Assembly: GCA_018302765.1 (NCBI GenBank)
Contig: JAGVZG010000023.1
Span: forward strand, 1-36,211
DNA from: Candidatus Woesearchaeota archaeon
Lineage (GTDB): Archaea > Nanobdellota > Nanobdellia > SCGC-AAA011-G17 > GW2011-AR18
Direction: 5' to 3'
Length of the DNA: 36,211 nt
A program made the translations under genes and the position numbers. The notes beneath the pieces were generated by a model that ran no database searches, was not told the origin of the DNA, and saw nothing but the letters and a program-made list of their open reading frames with translations. Shown one piece after another: positions 9,322-18,311 of the stretch. Position 1 is the first letter of the stretch; every line of letters starts with the position of its first letter.

Positions 9322-10506
9322 TTATTTATTAGCAATAATTTCTATAACATCTCTATGTTTTAACAAATATTCCTTGCCGACTGTTAATCTCTTTTTCACA
9401 TCTATGGCTCTAATAAAATTCTTACCAAAATCAGTATGTAATTTAAAAGCAAAATCCAAAGCAGTGCTACCGTTTTTCATCAAAAAACAATCAGGCAGTA
9501 CTCTACCCTGGCTGTCAACCAAATTATTCAATCCGCCAGGAAATACTGCAATATAATTTAACAATTCAAAAACAGCAATATTCAAAACATCTTGAACTCC
9601 AGTACTTCCAAACTTATCTAGAACACTTTTCTGAATGTGTTCTAAAGCCAATCTTTGCTTTTCACTTAAATCCCCAACAATATCAAATTTTCCATCACCA
9701 GGAACATATTTTATTAAATTTAATTTTGCAGCTTCTCTCAAAGCTAATTCAAAATCAGCACTGCATGGAATTATTCTGTAATCTAGAAAGTTTTTTTTCA
9801 TATTTTCTATATTTCTATCTGAACCAGGAACATCTATTTTATTAGCAGCAATTATAATTGGTTTGGTTTTCTTCCTTATTGCAGTAGCAAAATTCAATAA
9901 ATTACCATTGCTCCAATTCTTAATATCAGAACTAAAACCTTGTAAAATTTCCTCAGCAATTTCTTCTGTAACTCCCAAACCACTAAGCTGCCTGGCAATT
10001 GCTTTATGCAGTTCTAATTTTTCAACTAATTGCTGCCTAACAAATTTATTCCATCCTTTTCTTATTAATTCAACTATCCACATATCTAACTCATTTTCCA
10101 AAAATTTAATATCATTACAGGGATCATAGCTTAATGTAGGAACATTTTCTCCTTTCTCATTTGTACCTCCACTAGCATCCACAATATGAACCAAAACATC
10201 AGCCTGTCTCAAATCATCCAAAAATTGATTACCCAAACCCTTACCTTCATGAGCGCCAGGAACTAAACCTGCGACATCAAGTAGCTCTACAGGAACAAAT
10301 CTATTATGATTAATACAAAAACCCATCCTTGGATTGCACTGCTTACTAAAATCTTTATCAACGCATTCAACTCTAACAAAACCCACAGCCCTATTTGGCT
10401 TTATTGTTGTAAAAGGATAAGAAGCTATTGCTACATCAGCTAATGTACAAGCTTTAAAAAATGTTGATTTACCTGTACTAGGTTTACCAACTATTCCTAT
10501 TAACAT
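9322..10506 (-). CDS. ychF: YchF/Obg-family P-loop ATPase/GTPase with TGS domain
   Basis: GIVGKPSTGKST, YPFTTI, DVAGLVPGA, NKID, TALDFAFKLHTD; likely start is ATG 10506 rather than 10548. Confidence 0.93.
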   Translation of the reverse strand: MLIGIVGKPSTGKSTFFKACTLADVAIASYPFTTIKPNRAVGFVRVECVDKDFSKQCNPRMGFCINHNRFVPVELLDVAGLVPGAHEGKGLGNQFLDDLRQADVLVHIVDASGGTNEKGENVPTLSYDPCNDIKFLENELDMWIVELIRKGWNKFVRQQLVEKLELHKAIARQLSGLGVTEEIAEEILQGFSSDIKNWSNGNLLNFATAIRKKTKPIIIAANKIDVPGSDRNIENMKKNFLDYRIIPCSADFELALREAAKLNLIKYVPGDGKFDIVGDLSEKQRLALEHIQKSVLDKFGSTGVQDVLNIAVFELLNYIAVFPGGLNNLVDSQGRVLPDCFLMKNGSTALDFAFKLHTDFGKNFIRAIDVKKRLTVGKEYLLKHRDVIEIIANK

Positions 10507-10615
10507 AAAAACCTCGTAGTTATAGATTATAAAAAGGTTATTATTCAAATGACTTTGTGTAAGAAGTAGCCAAAATTAACTACTTTATACACAGATTAAA
10601 GACTTTTTACACAAC

Positions 10616-10834
10616 TTACTTTATAATTTGAAGAATAGCCAATATTACCATCAAAAAACTAAGGATAAGCATAATATAAGATAAACGAGTACTAGACTTA
10701 TTAAAAGCGTCTATGGATTTCTTTAGTCGCATTGTAATTTCTGCTTGAATAATAGGATTAGAACTAGGTTTAACTCCTTTATCCATACTTGAAACAAGTC
10801 TATCATCTGGAAAGTTTTCGTAGTAATCGTTCAT
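10616..10834 (-). CDS. Small hypothetical protein with C-terminal TM helix (island cargo)
   Basis: 72 aa; hydrophobic tail LSYIMLILSFLMVILAILQII; 4-nt overlap with upstream ORF. Confidence 0.65.
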   Translation of the reverse strand: MNDYYENFPDDRLVSSMDKGVKPSSNPIIQAEITMRLKKSIDAFNKSSTRLSYIMLILSFLMVILAILQIIK

Positions 10835-11022
10835 TTTCCCAATTTTAATTTTAATTCATTGTATCTATTCATCTTATGTGGCGGTAATTTCATACCATGT
10901 TCTATGTCGTATTTTAAAGAATTAAACTCTGTTTCTTCTGAAGTGGAGTAAGACTTCGCTTCATTTAAGCGAGAAGACATTAGTTGTTTTACTAATCTAT
11001 CATTTTTCTTTGGAACTGCCAT
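10831..11022 (-). CDS. Small hypothetical protein (island cargo)
   Basis: 63 aa ORF translationally coupled to 10616..10834. Confidence 0.55.
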   Translation of the reverse strand: MAVPKKNDRLVKQLMSSRLNEAKSYSTSEETEFNSLKYDIEHGMKLPPHKMNRYNELKLKLGK

Positions 11023-11067
11023 ATGATTTTACATTTTAATTGTAATTTAAACTTTACTTTTAGCATT

Positions 11068-11099
11068 TTTTACAAAAATGGGGGATATTTTACAAAAAT
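11068..11099. repeat. 12-bp direct repeat TTTTACAAAAAT x2
   Basis: Copies at 11068-11079 and 11088-11099, 20-bp period, upstream of the two small minus-strand ORFs. Confidence 0.5.
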
Positions 11100-11326
11100 T
11101 TTTGGTAAAGGCTTTTGAATCTTGAAATTATAATTATTTTTATGTTAGTTGAAGAAAAAATAATAAGCTCATTAGAAGAAGTTTTATTAGAAAACAATTT
11201 TGATTATAATAAAACTATTAATGATTTTGTTAATGTTTTAAATAAATTTATTGTAAATGAACCGAGTCTATGGCATATAAATAATAAAAATAAACTCAAG
11301 ATTAATAGAATTATAATTGTAAATCA

Positions 11327-13675
11327 TTAGGTTGTTAATTCTCCAAATTTTTCTTTTAAATCATTAAAGTCTTTTGCAGAAGCCCATTTCTTCTCAAAAA
11401 AATCTTTTACTTTTACTTTTATTTCATTTATTGTTCTTTTATCTTTTGAAACTGGCAAATAAAGTTCTTGCCATCTATCCCCTATGTTTGGTAGAGTTGT
11501 ATCAATCATTATTTTGTTGTAGAGCTGTCTTTGTGTCAATCTATGTGAGAAAAGATAGAGTAGATAATAGGCATCTATTCCGTATTCGTTATCTTCTTTT
11601 ATAACTCTAAATACAATACTATGATGATTAAGCAAAACTTCTGTATCAAATGGAGATACTAATGCAACGCTACCTATTCTATAACTACCTTCTTTAACAA
11701 AAACAATATCTTTTGCTTTTAAGTCAAACTTTTTACCCTTTACTTTTTTATAAACTTCCATAGGAATCATAGTATTTTCACTTTTATACATTTCCCAACC
11801 AACAATATCATCTGCTCTTATATAAGGAACATCCCCCCTACCTTTAAATTCACTTGGTGGTGCTCCATGTCCTCTAAACATTTTTATAATACCTTTATCA
11901 ATAAGTTCTTTTATTTGTATGAATTTTATGTTTTGCTCTTCGGCTTCTTTCTGTAAATTTTCAATTTTCTTTTTCCAGTAATAACGAGGAACATAAAGAT
12001 TATTAACTATTTCATTTGAATTAACCATGAATACATTATTATTTTTTGAGCTATTTGGAGTATCCAATTCTTTTCTTATTGTCTCCATATCATCCCATAA
12101 CTCTCCAGTAAATTTATGAGTTGACTCATCATATCTATAAATAGATTTACCTCTATGGTCATGTCCCATTTGTTCAGCAACAGCCATAATTATCTTACTT
12201 TGCTGAGGTTTACCTTTTTGTAAAATAATCAAGCAAGTTTTAGCATTACAATAAGGTCTAAATGTATTATGAGGTAAATCAACAATCGCAATAAAGTTAT
12301 TCTTCTTTTTCATATAATCTAAAACATATTTTGTGCTTGGAGAATGAAAATAAGTCTCTGGTAGGATAATGCCTAATTTTCCACCATCTTTAAGAAATTG
12401 CAAACATCTTTCTATAAATAATACTTGAGGTTCTGTATCTTTGGCTTTATCAGTCTTTATCCATTTACTATCTTCCATCTTCCATATATGCCCCAAATCA
12501 TAATATTTGCTATCATCTTTTAAAACAGGTATTTTAGTTCCAAATGGCAGGTTTGTAATGACACAATCAAATTGTTTTGGTTTACCATCTTCTTTTACGA
12601 ATAATTCTTTTGGTTTTGGTTGATAATCTTCAAATGTGTGAAGAGTGTTTTCTTGGACTATTTTACTTCTTCCATCCCCTATAATTGACATATATGCCTT
12701 TGCTATTTTAACCAAATCAATTTCCTTATCAATTCCATAAAAATATTTTTCAGCAACTTCTCTTTTTAGACTATCAAGATTAGAAGCTCCTTTGTATCTT
12801 TTATCTTCATCCATTATTCTCCATATATGCTCTAAAGAATATATCAAAAATCCACCAGAACCACAAGCAGGGTCTAATATTGTTTCTTTTGGTTGTGGAT
12901 TTATTATTTTTATAGCAGTTTTAACAACTTCTCTTGGTGTGAAAAACTCCCCTTTATCTCCAACTAATTTACTTTCTGCAAAAGTTTCAAATGCCTCTCC
13001 TATAACATCTTTTTCACTTTTTAACAAAGAGAAACTTTGTAATTCTCCTACAACATAACAAATTGATTTAGCATCTAAAGTAATTTTTTCACTTACATCG
13101 AATACACCATCATCTGATAATTCTTCCCTTACTTCTTTGAAAAGTCCATCAATTCTTTTCTTTACTGCTTCAGGATTTTCTTCAGGTAATATTCTAAATT
13201 CGGGTATAGCATTTGGATTAAATTTTTCATCCATAATCTTACAAAATATTAATCTTATCATCTCACTACCTAATTTCTCTTTTCTACTAATATTTGTATT
13301 TGAATATAATGTCGTTAAAATTCTTTTAAAGATTGGTTTTAAGTTCTTTACAGGTTTTAATTTATTTTTAGAGATATGTCCAATCGTTTCTATTGTTTCT
13401 CCTTTTTTAGGTATCTGAAATATATATTCTCTTTTTATTTCACCTGTTTCAGGATTTTTATAGAGATATTCAATTTCATTCCCATTTGTCCATACTCCCC
13501 ACAAACAAGAACTTGCAGTCATATAACTCATTAATTGTTTTATTCCCTCTTTTCTTGTTGGTCTTTTTGTCTCTATAATTCCTAAAATATCTTCATTTTG
13601 ATTTCTCTTATTTTTATCTTTAGTTTTATAAACTACAATATCAGCCCTTTCATCTTTGTTTTTCTTAGAACTTTT
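11327..13675 (-). pseudogene. Type IIG-like fused restriction-modification enzyme (REase-N6 MTase-TRD), 5'-truncated
   Basis: Frame open 48 codons above ATG 13531 (KSSKKNKDERADIVVY...GIIETK...EGIKQL, HsdR-N-like PD-(D/E)xK motifs) up to TAA 13678-76 with no start codon; motif I ILDPACGSGGFL; motif IV reads NLPF, not NPPF; C-terminal TRD-like region. Confidence 0.75.
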
Positions 13676-13695
13676 TTATGATTAGAAACACTGAA

Positions 13696-13710
13696 AAGCT
13701 TATAAAGCTT
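13696..13710. repeat. Palindrome AAGCTT-ATA-AAGCTT at the integrase/RM junction
   Basis: Perfect 6-bp inverted repeat around a TATA-like core. Confidence 0.45.
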
Positions 13711-13728
13711 ACTATTTATTACCACTGG

Positions 13729-14067
13729 TTAGTAACATATATTTCTTAGTTTATTCTCATGGAATACGACATACCGCCAAACTTGCAGCAGCAATGCTAT
13801 TTTTGTTGGTATTGGCACAACTCTATCCTTGCCGTATCCAAAGTCATTCTTTCCTGCTAATTTACCGTTTACTACTTTCAGTATTTTTCTGTTGAAGTCC
13901 AAATGCTCTTTTTTTATTTTGCTTATTTCTCCTATTCTTAAACCGCAGAAAGTTCCAAGAATTACTACAACCATTGTCTCTGGATCATCTATTGCATCTA
14001 TTAATGTCTTTAATTGCTCTCGATTTAATACATTTGGCAATTTCCTCATTGATTTTTTAATTATCAT
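13729..14067 (-). pseudogene. Tyrosine recombinase/integrase, C-terminally truncated
   Basis: LPNVLNREQL, GLRIGEI (catalytic Arg), GK...KDRVVP (Lys); stops before HxxR and the catalytic Tyr. Confidence 0.8.
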
Positions 14068-14503
14068 TTTGTAAAAACTCCCATGCTGTTTTTCTAGCCA
14101 GTTCCATAAATTTTAATGACTGGACTAGATGTTTCTCTTTTTTTCTTACGTTCAGCATTTTTTCCAGTTTCCCTTCTCTCAGTCTATTCATGTCTTTTGG
14201 ATACAGCATAACATCTTCTGTTTTTTGTGTTTTCAAAAACCATTTGTAAACAGTATTTGGATTATAATTATAAGTAATCATATATTCATACAAAATTTGT
14301 TCTTCTTCTGTTAAAGGTTTTTTCTTGAAACCATAATGATGTCTTGCGCAATGACAGAGCATCATCAAAAGCTCATGATCAGATTGTAGCAAAAGCAATG
14401 TTTTGAAATCCTTTCTTAGCTTTGTAACTTTTCTCAAGGTTTTTCCTAAGACCATTTCCTTATACCTTTGCCCGTATTCGTTGTCTGTATGCATTTTTAC
14501 CAT
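14057..14503 (-). CDS. Hypothetical protein upstream of and overlapping the integrase
   Basis: 148 aa; AGGAG immediately before the ATG; YNPNTVYKW helix suggestive of DNA binding. Confidence 0.75.
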   Translation of the reverse strand: MVKMHTDNEYGQRYKEMVLGKTLRKVTKLRKDFKTLLLLQSDHELLMMLCHCARHHYGFKKKPLTEEEQILYEYMITYNYNPNTVYKWFLKTQKTEDVMLYPKDMNRLREGKLEKMLNVRKKEKHLVQSLKFMELARKTAWEFLQNDN

Positions 14504-14600
14504 CTCCTATAGTTGTTTCAGAGATTCTTAAAGCAAGGTATGTCTCCTGTACACAAACAGCTAATTTTATAAAGAAAACATTTCTTTTCAGTTTATAGTT

Positions 14601-14703
14601 GGGCCCGTAGCTCAGCCTGGCGGAGCAATGGTCTTATATGACTGCTTATGGTACAAAAGTTTAAGAGAGCCATAGGTCGTGAGTTCAAATCTCATCGGGC
14701 CCA
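14601..14703 (+). tRNA. tRNA-Ile(UAU) with 29-nt intron at 37/38 (14639..14667)
   Basis: GGGCCCG/CGGGCCC acceptor, GCTC/GAGC D stem, ATGGT/GCCAT anticodon stem, anticodon TAT 14635-37; BHB central helix CTTA/TAAG with 3-nt bulges; GTGAG-TTCAAAT-CTCAT T arm. Confidence 0.92.
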
Positions 14704-14704
14704 T

Positions 14705-14811
14705 GCCCCGATCGTCTAGTCCGGTCAAGGATAAAGCCCTTTCGATTCAAGCTTTTAAAAAAGTTTGAAAAAAGAAAGGCTTTGACGCGAGTTCGAATCT
14801 CGCTCGGGGCA
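14705..14811 (+). tRNA. tRNA-Glu(UUC) with 32-nt intron at 37/38 (14745..14776)
   Basis: GCCCCGA/TCGGGGC acceptor, AAGCC/GGCTT anticodon stem, TTC 14741-43, central helix CTTT/AAAG, intron hairpin TTCAAGCTTTT/AAAAGTTTGAA. Confidence 0.92.
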
Positions 14812-15006
14812 TATATATTCTAATACGTGTTTCTAAGCTTAAAGACACAAACTTATGTATTGACGCCCCAACTGCGACCAAAACACCTTGTGCAATGTTC
14901 TTTTTCAGCTTTTTTCACCTAAGTTTTCCATTAATTTAATTATGCAGTTCAATATTTAAGTTCATTCTTGCCGTATCATAGTAGCAAGAACAGACTATTT
15001 CTAAGA

Positions 15007-15028
15007 TTCGTATGAAATTTCATATGAA
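15007..15028. repeat. 22-bp near-perfect palindrome TTCGTATGAAATTTCATATGAA
   Basis: 11-bp arms with one G-T mismatch, 16 nt beyond the stop of the TrmB gene. Confidence 0.5.
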
Positions 15029-15044
15029 AAAGTTAGTGAAAAAA

Positions 15045-15761
15045 TTATTTTTTAGCAATTTTCCATAGCAGATTAAAATATTCTTCCTGCGCTAAAGCAA
15101 AATCCTTATTTTCTATAGATACTGCAAAATAAGGTTCTATCCAGATAAAAAATACCACTTTATTATTATATATTAAAGTTGTAACTGGTGATATTAATTC
15201 TTCATCTAAGTATCTATAAGTACCTCTTCTTAGTTTTTTAAATTTCGCATGTTTCCCGACTATTGCTACTTCTTTTACTTTACTTTCTCTAAGTCTAAGA
15301 ATTGTCTGTGTAGTAAAATAACTCAAAATATCCTCATATTCCTTCCTTATGCCTATCACCTTATAATTAATCTTAGCTTCAATTAATTCTATTATCAAAC
15401 TTTTCAATCCATCTTTTCCCTGGAACAAATTGCATCTTATTTTATTTTTAGTTTTCTTTGCTATATTATTTAATTCTGGAATAACACTCTCTAATGAAGA
15501 ATATTTTTCTTTAAAGTAAGTTAAAAGTTCTTTTGGAGTTAAAGCTATGAAATGTCTTATTTTATTTTTAAATGTAGAAGAAACAACTCCTTTGTCAATT
15601 AATCTCTCTAAAATATCATAAGTTGTTGTCCTGTCAATTCTTGTTTCTTGAGATATTTGAAGAGCTGTCAGGCTTTCATTTTTTATTAAAGAAAGATATA
15701 CCTTTATCTCCTTATTTTTGAATCCCAAATCCATCATAACTTCGTGTATTTCTTTTTCCAT
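15045..15761 (-). CDS. TrmB-family transcriptional regulator
   Basis: LGFKNKEIKVYLSL...RIDRTTTYDILERL...FIALTPKEL; ends FNLLWKIAK. Confidence 0.9.
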   Translation of the reverse strand: MEKEIHEVMMDLGFKNKEIKVYLSLIKNESLTALQISQETRIDRTTTYDILERLIDKGVVSSTFKNKIRHFIALTPKELLTYFKEKYSSLESVIPELNNIAKKTKNKIRCNLFQGKDGLKSLIIELIEAKINYKVIGIRKEYEDILSYFTTQTILRLRESKVKEVAIVGKHAKFKKLRRGTYRYLDEELISPVTTLIYNNKVVFFIWIEPYFAVSIENKDFALAQEEYFNLLWKIAKK

Positions 15762-15918
15762 ATTTTTAACTAGCTGTTAATTCTTATAAATGTTGCGGAT
15801 TTTCCACAACTAATATTAAAATATATTATAGTTCATCTAACTAAATTATGATAAATACATTATTTTACAAAATGTATAATTTTTTGTTTGATGGAAAGAA
15901 AATAAGGATAGAAGTAAA

Positions 15919-16230
15919 ATGACAGATGAAAAACAATTTACAGAGGATGTGCTTGAGGGAATAATTGCTATTGCAGAAGGAGCCAGATTTTACTCAAATT
16001 GCGCATTAAATGAATTCAAAGGTTTAGAAATGTCTTCTGGAAGAACAAGATTTGAGATGTACGATCCAATTTATTATACTGCTTATTTAATGGGTACTTT
16101 AGAAGGTAGAAATCATGCCTACAATACAATTTATAGTCTTTGTTTAAAAATTGCTAAACTAAGTGATAAAGAAATGCGTGTTAGAATGGCAGAAAGAAGA
16201 TTAAAATTAGTGAACGAATTACCTAAATAA
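15919..16230 (+). CDS. Hypothetical protein
   Basis: 103 aa ORF, ATG start, converges on aIF2-gamma without overlap. Confidence 0.7.
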   Translation: MTDEKQFTEDVLEGIIAIAEGARFYSNCALNEFKGLEMSSGRTRFEMYDPIYYTAYLMGTLEGRNHAYNTIYSLCLKIAKLSDKEMRVRMAERRLKLVNELPK

Positions 16231-16235
16231 ATTTT

Positions 16236-17504
16236 TTATTTCTTAACAAAAGACCATCCAACTAATCTCCACCTTGTTCCAATTCTCCTAGAAATAGCAA
16301 TTTTACTACCAACTTCAGCACAGACAGGCCTTTTTAATTTAATATGTATCTTATTCTTTTCCAAACCAACAACTATACCTGCAGTGGTCATTGCATTAAC
16401 ATTAAGCATTAAAGGTTCTCCTTTTTTTATAGGATCAACTTTAGTTTCTTCTTTGCTCCCAATAACATGCTCAAGTAAATTAGGTTCTAATTTTAGTTCA
16501 GTCCAGACAGGAGGCAATTTGCCAGCTAATCCAACAACGCTGCCTGCTAATTGATCAGATTTTACAATCGCAGGATCTAATTTTGTTTGTAAAGCTATAG
16601 AGCCGCCAGGTTTAACGCTTTCAACATAAGAACCTCCAGTAACTAAAGAAACAATTTCTGTAGAAATTAAAATCCATTTCTCAGTTCCCTTCTCTTGCAC
16701 CAGCCTCCCAGGACCAATTTCAATTTTTTCACTAGTCTTCAAAATACCTTGCTTTAAAGCACCTCCAAGAACTCCTCCAACTAACTTAGAAATATCAGAT
16801 CCAGGCTTGTTAACGTCAAAACTCCTTGCAACAAACATTAAAGGATCTTTACTTAAATCTCTTTCAGGCGTAGGTATAAACTCCTCAATTGCCTGAATTA
16901 TACAATTTATATTTATATTGTGCTTTGCAGATACAGGAATTATAGGCGCACTTTCTGCTATAGTACCACTAACAAATTTTTTTATTTGATCATAATTTTT
17001 TAATGCTTCTTCCTTAGTAACTAAATCTACTTTATTCTGTATTATAACAACGTGCTTTAAACCTACTATCTCTAAAGCCATTAAATGTTCCTTAGTCTGA
17101 GGTTGTGGACACTCCTCATTTGCTGCAACTAGCAACAAAGCTCCATCCATGATAGCACTACCGCTCAACATAGTAGCCATTAAAGTCTCATGACCTGGAG
17201 CATCAACAAAACTTACAGTTCTTTGTTTCTCACACTTACTACATTTCTTTTCTCTTCCAAAACCATGTTCATCGCAATTATAAAAATCAACATCAGCGTA
17301 ACCCAATTTAATAGTAATTCCTCTCTTAACTTCTTCGCTATGCGTGTCTGTCCACTTTCCTGTTAAGCCCAACAACAAACTAGTTTTGCCATGGTCTACG
17401 TCTTTGGTTTCATAAGCAAAAGCTTAGTCAAGTCCAACAAGACCAATGTTAACTAATGGTTGAAAGCTATATTCTTGTTCATTTACTTTTTCTTTCTTTG
17501 CCAT
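16236..17504 (-). CDS. eif2g: Translation initiation factor aIF2 gamma subunit, interrupted by a 30-nt intron (exon1 17504..17432, exon2 17401..16236; 412 aa spliced)
   Basis: Exon1 MAKKEKVNEQEYSFQPLVNIGLVG; after removing 17402..17431 it reads HVDHGKTSL, then KWTDTHSEEVKRGITIKLGY, SFVDAPGHE, QPQTKEH, QNKVD, RWRLVGW. Confidence 0.93.
17402..17431 (-). other. Candidate BHB-type mRNA intron
   Basis: Sequence UUGACUAAGCUUUUGCUUAUGAAACCAAAG; central helix UUGG/CCAA, bulges AC|U and AG|A, exon-exon helix UGGUCUUG/CGUAGACCA, internal hairpin UAAGC-UUUU-GCUUA; contains an in-frame UAA. Confidence 0.85.
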
Positions 17505-17556
17505 CGAACTTTCAATATAAGGAACATTTTTAAATGTTTTGACTAAAATTAAAATA

Positions 17557-17877
17557 ATGCTGATTAAATCAAAAAAAGATACATTTAATTTAGATCTCTG
17601 CAAAACACCATTTAAACAATTCCTTGGCTTGATGTTTAGGTTTCCAAAAAACGATGGTTTATTGTTTGAATTTAAAAAAGAAGAACCCGTATCTCTGCAC
17701 ATGCTATTTGTATTCATAAAAATAGATATAGTTTACCTTGACAAAGACAAAAAAACCATAAAAATTTTAAAAAGGGTAAAGCCATTTACTCCTTATATAA
17801 AAGCAACTAAATGCAAATATATTTTAGAATTAAAAGATTCAAAAAATTTATACATTGGAGAAAAATTAAATTTCTAA
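17557..17877 (+). CDS. DUF192-family protein
   Basis: FKQFLGLMF...GLLFEF...SLHMLFV...IDIVYLD...YILEL; ATG 17557 preferred over TTG 17539. Confidence 0.85.
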   Translation: MLIKSKKDTFNLDLCKTPFKQFLGLMFRFPKNDGLLFEFKKEEPVSLHMLFVFIKIDIVYLDKDKKTIKILKRVKPFTPYIKATKCKYILELKDSKNLYIGEKLNF

Positions 17878-18311
17878 AGTTGGCTAAGTTTTTTTTCTAT
17901 TTGTGCCAACTCTTCCTTTAACATATCGATTTCACTATTGCTAACAACTTCCTCAACAACCATTTGTTTTCTTTCACTAGGTTCAAAATCTCTAGATTCC
18001 TCATGACGTTCTTCTGTATGTTCTTTTACAGAAAACTTAGGCAGATTTTCTTTTTCTAGCTCTCTAAGAGTTTTTCTTATTTCTGAATGCACTGTTCTAA
18101 AACTATCAATTAATGTTAACTTAGCTTCCCTAATCTGCTTCAATTCAGCATAAGTTTTAAGCATCTTTGTAATATCTAAAGCGCAACTAAGAACAGATTT
18201 TCTCAAATATAAGGGAGAACTTATCATTATATGCAAAGGTTGCTCAGAGCCTGCAGCAAATTTTTTACTTTGAGATGCAGTCTGATACGTCTTTACATTC
18301 TTCTTTTGCAT
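17874..18311 (-). CDS. Hypothetical helical/coiled-coil protein
   Basis: 145 aa; ends LKEELAQIEKKLSQL; abuts the upstream gene. Confidence 0.8.
   Translation of the reverse strand: MQKKNVKTYQTASQSKKFAAGSEQPLHIMISSPLYLRKSVLSCALDITKMLKTYAELKQIREAKLTLIDSFRTVHSEIRKTLRELEKENLPKFSVKEHTEERHEESRDFEPSERKQMVVEEVVSNSEIDMLKEELAQIEKKLSQL

Larger units (their letters stand above)
10600..14560. mobile_element. Degenerate tRNA-adjacent integrative island (boundaries approximate)
   Basis: Integrase remnant, RM cargo and small ORFs between ychF and tRNA-Ile; no att repeat found. Confidence 0.55.

Noticed and set aside
11068-11110. TTTTACAAAAAT repeats as iterons or a CRISPR remnant
   Set aside because: Only two low-complexity 12-mers with an 8-nt spacer; kept as a plain repeat. 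No CRISPR array or cas gene in the window.
11115-11330. 71-aa plus-strand ORF with TTG start
   Set aside because: Extremely AT-rich, Asn/Ile-biased, no motif; cannot be distinguished from a chance ORF.
10550-14600. att direct repeat of tRNA-Ile/Glu bounding the island
   Set aside because: No copy of either tRNA end found near ychF or the small ORFs; boundaries remain approximate.
17424-17717. Track ORF of 97 aa, and the separate 380-aa ORF 16236..17378
   Set aside because: Artefacts of the intron: only the last 26 codons of the first belong to aIF2-gamma exon 1 plus intron; its upstream part is antisense to DUF192. The second lacks the G1 motif.
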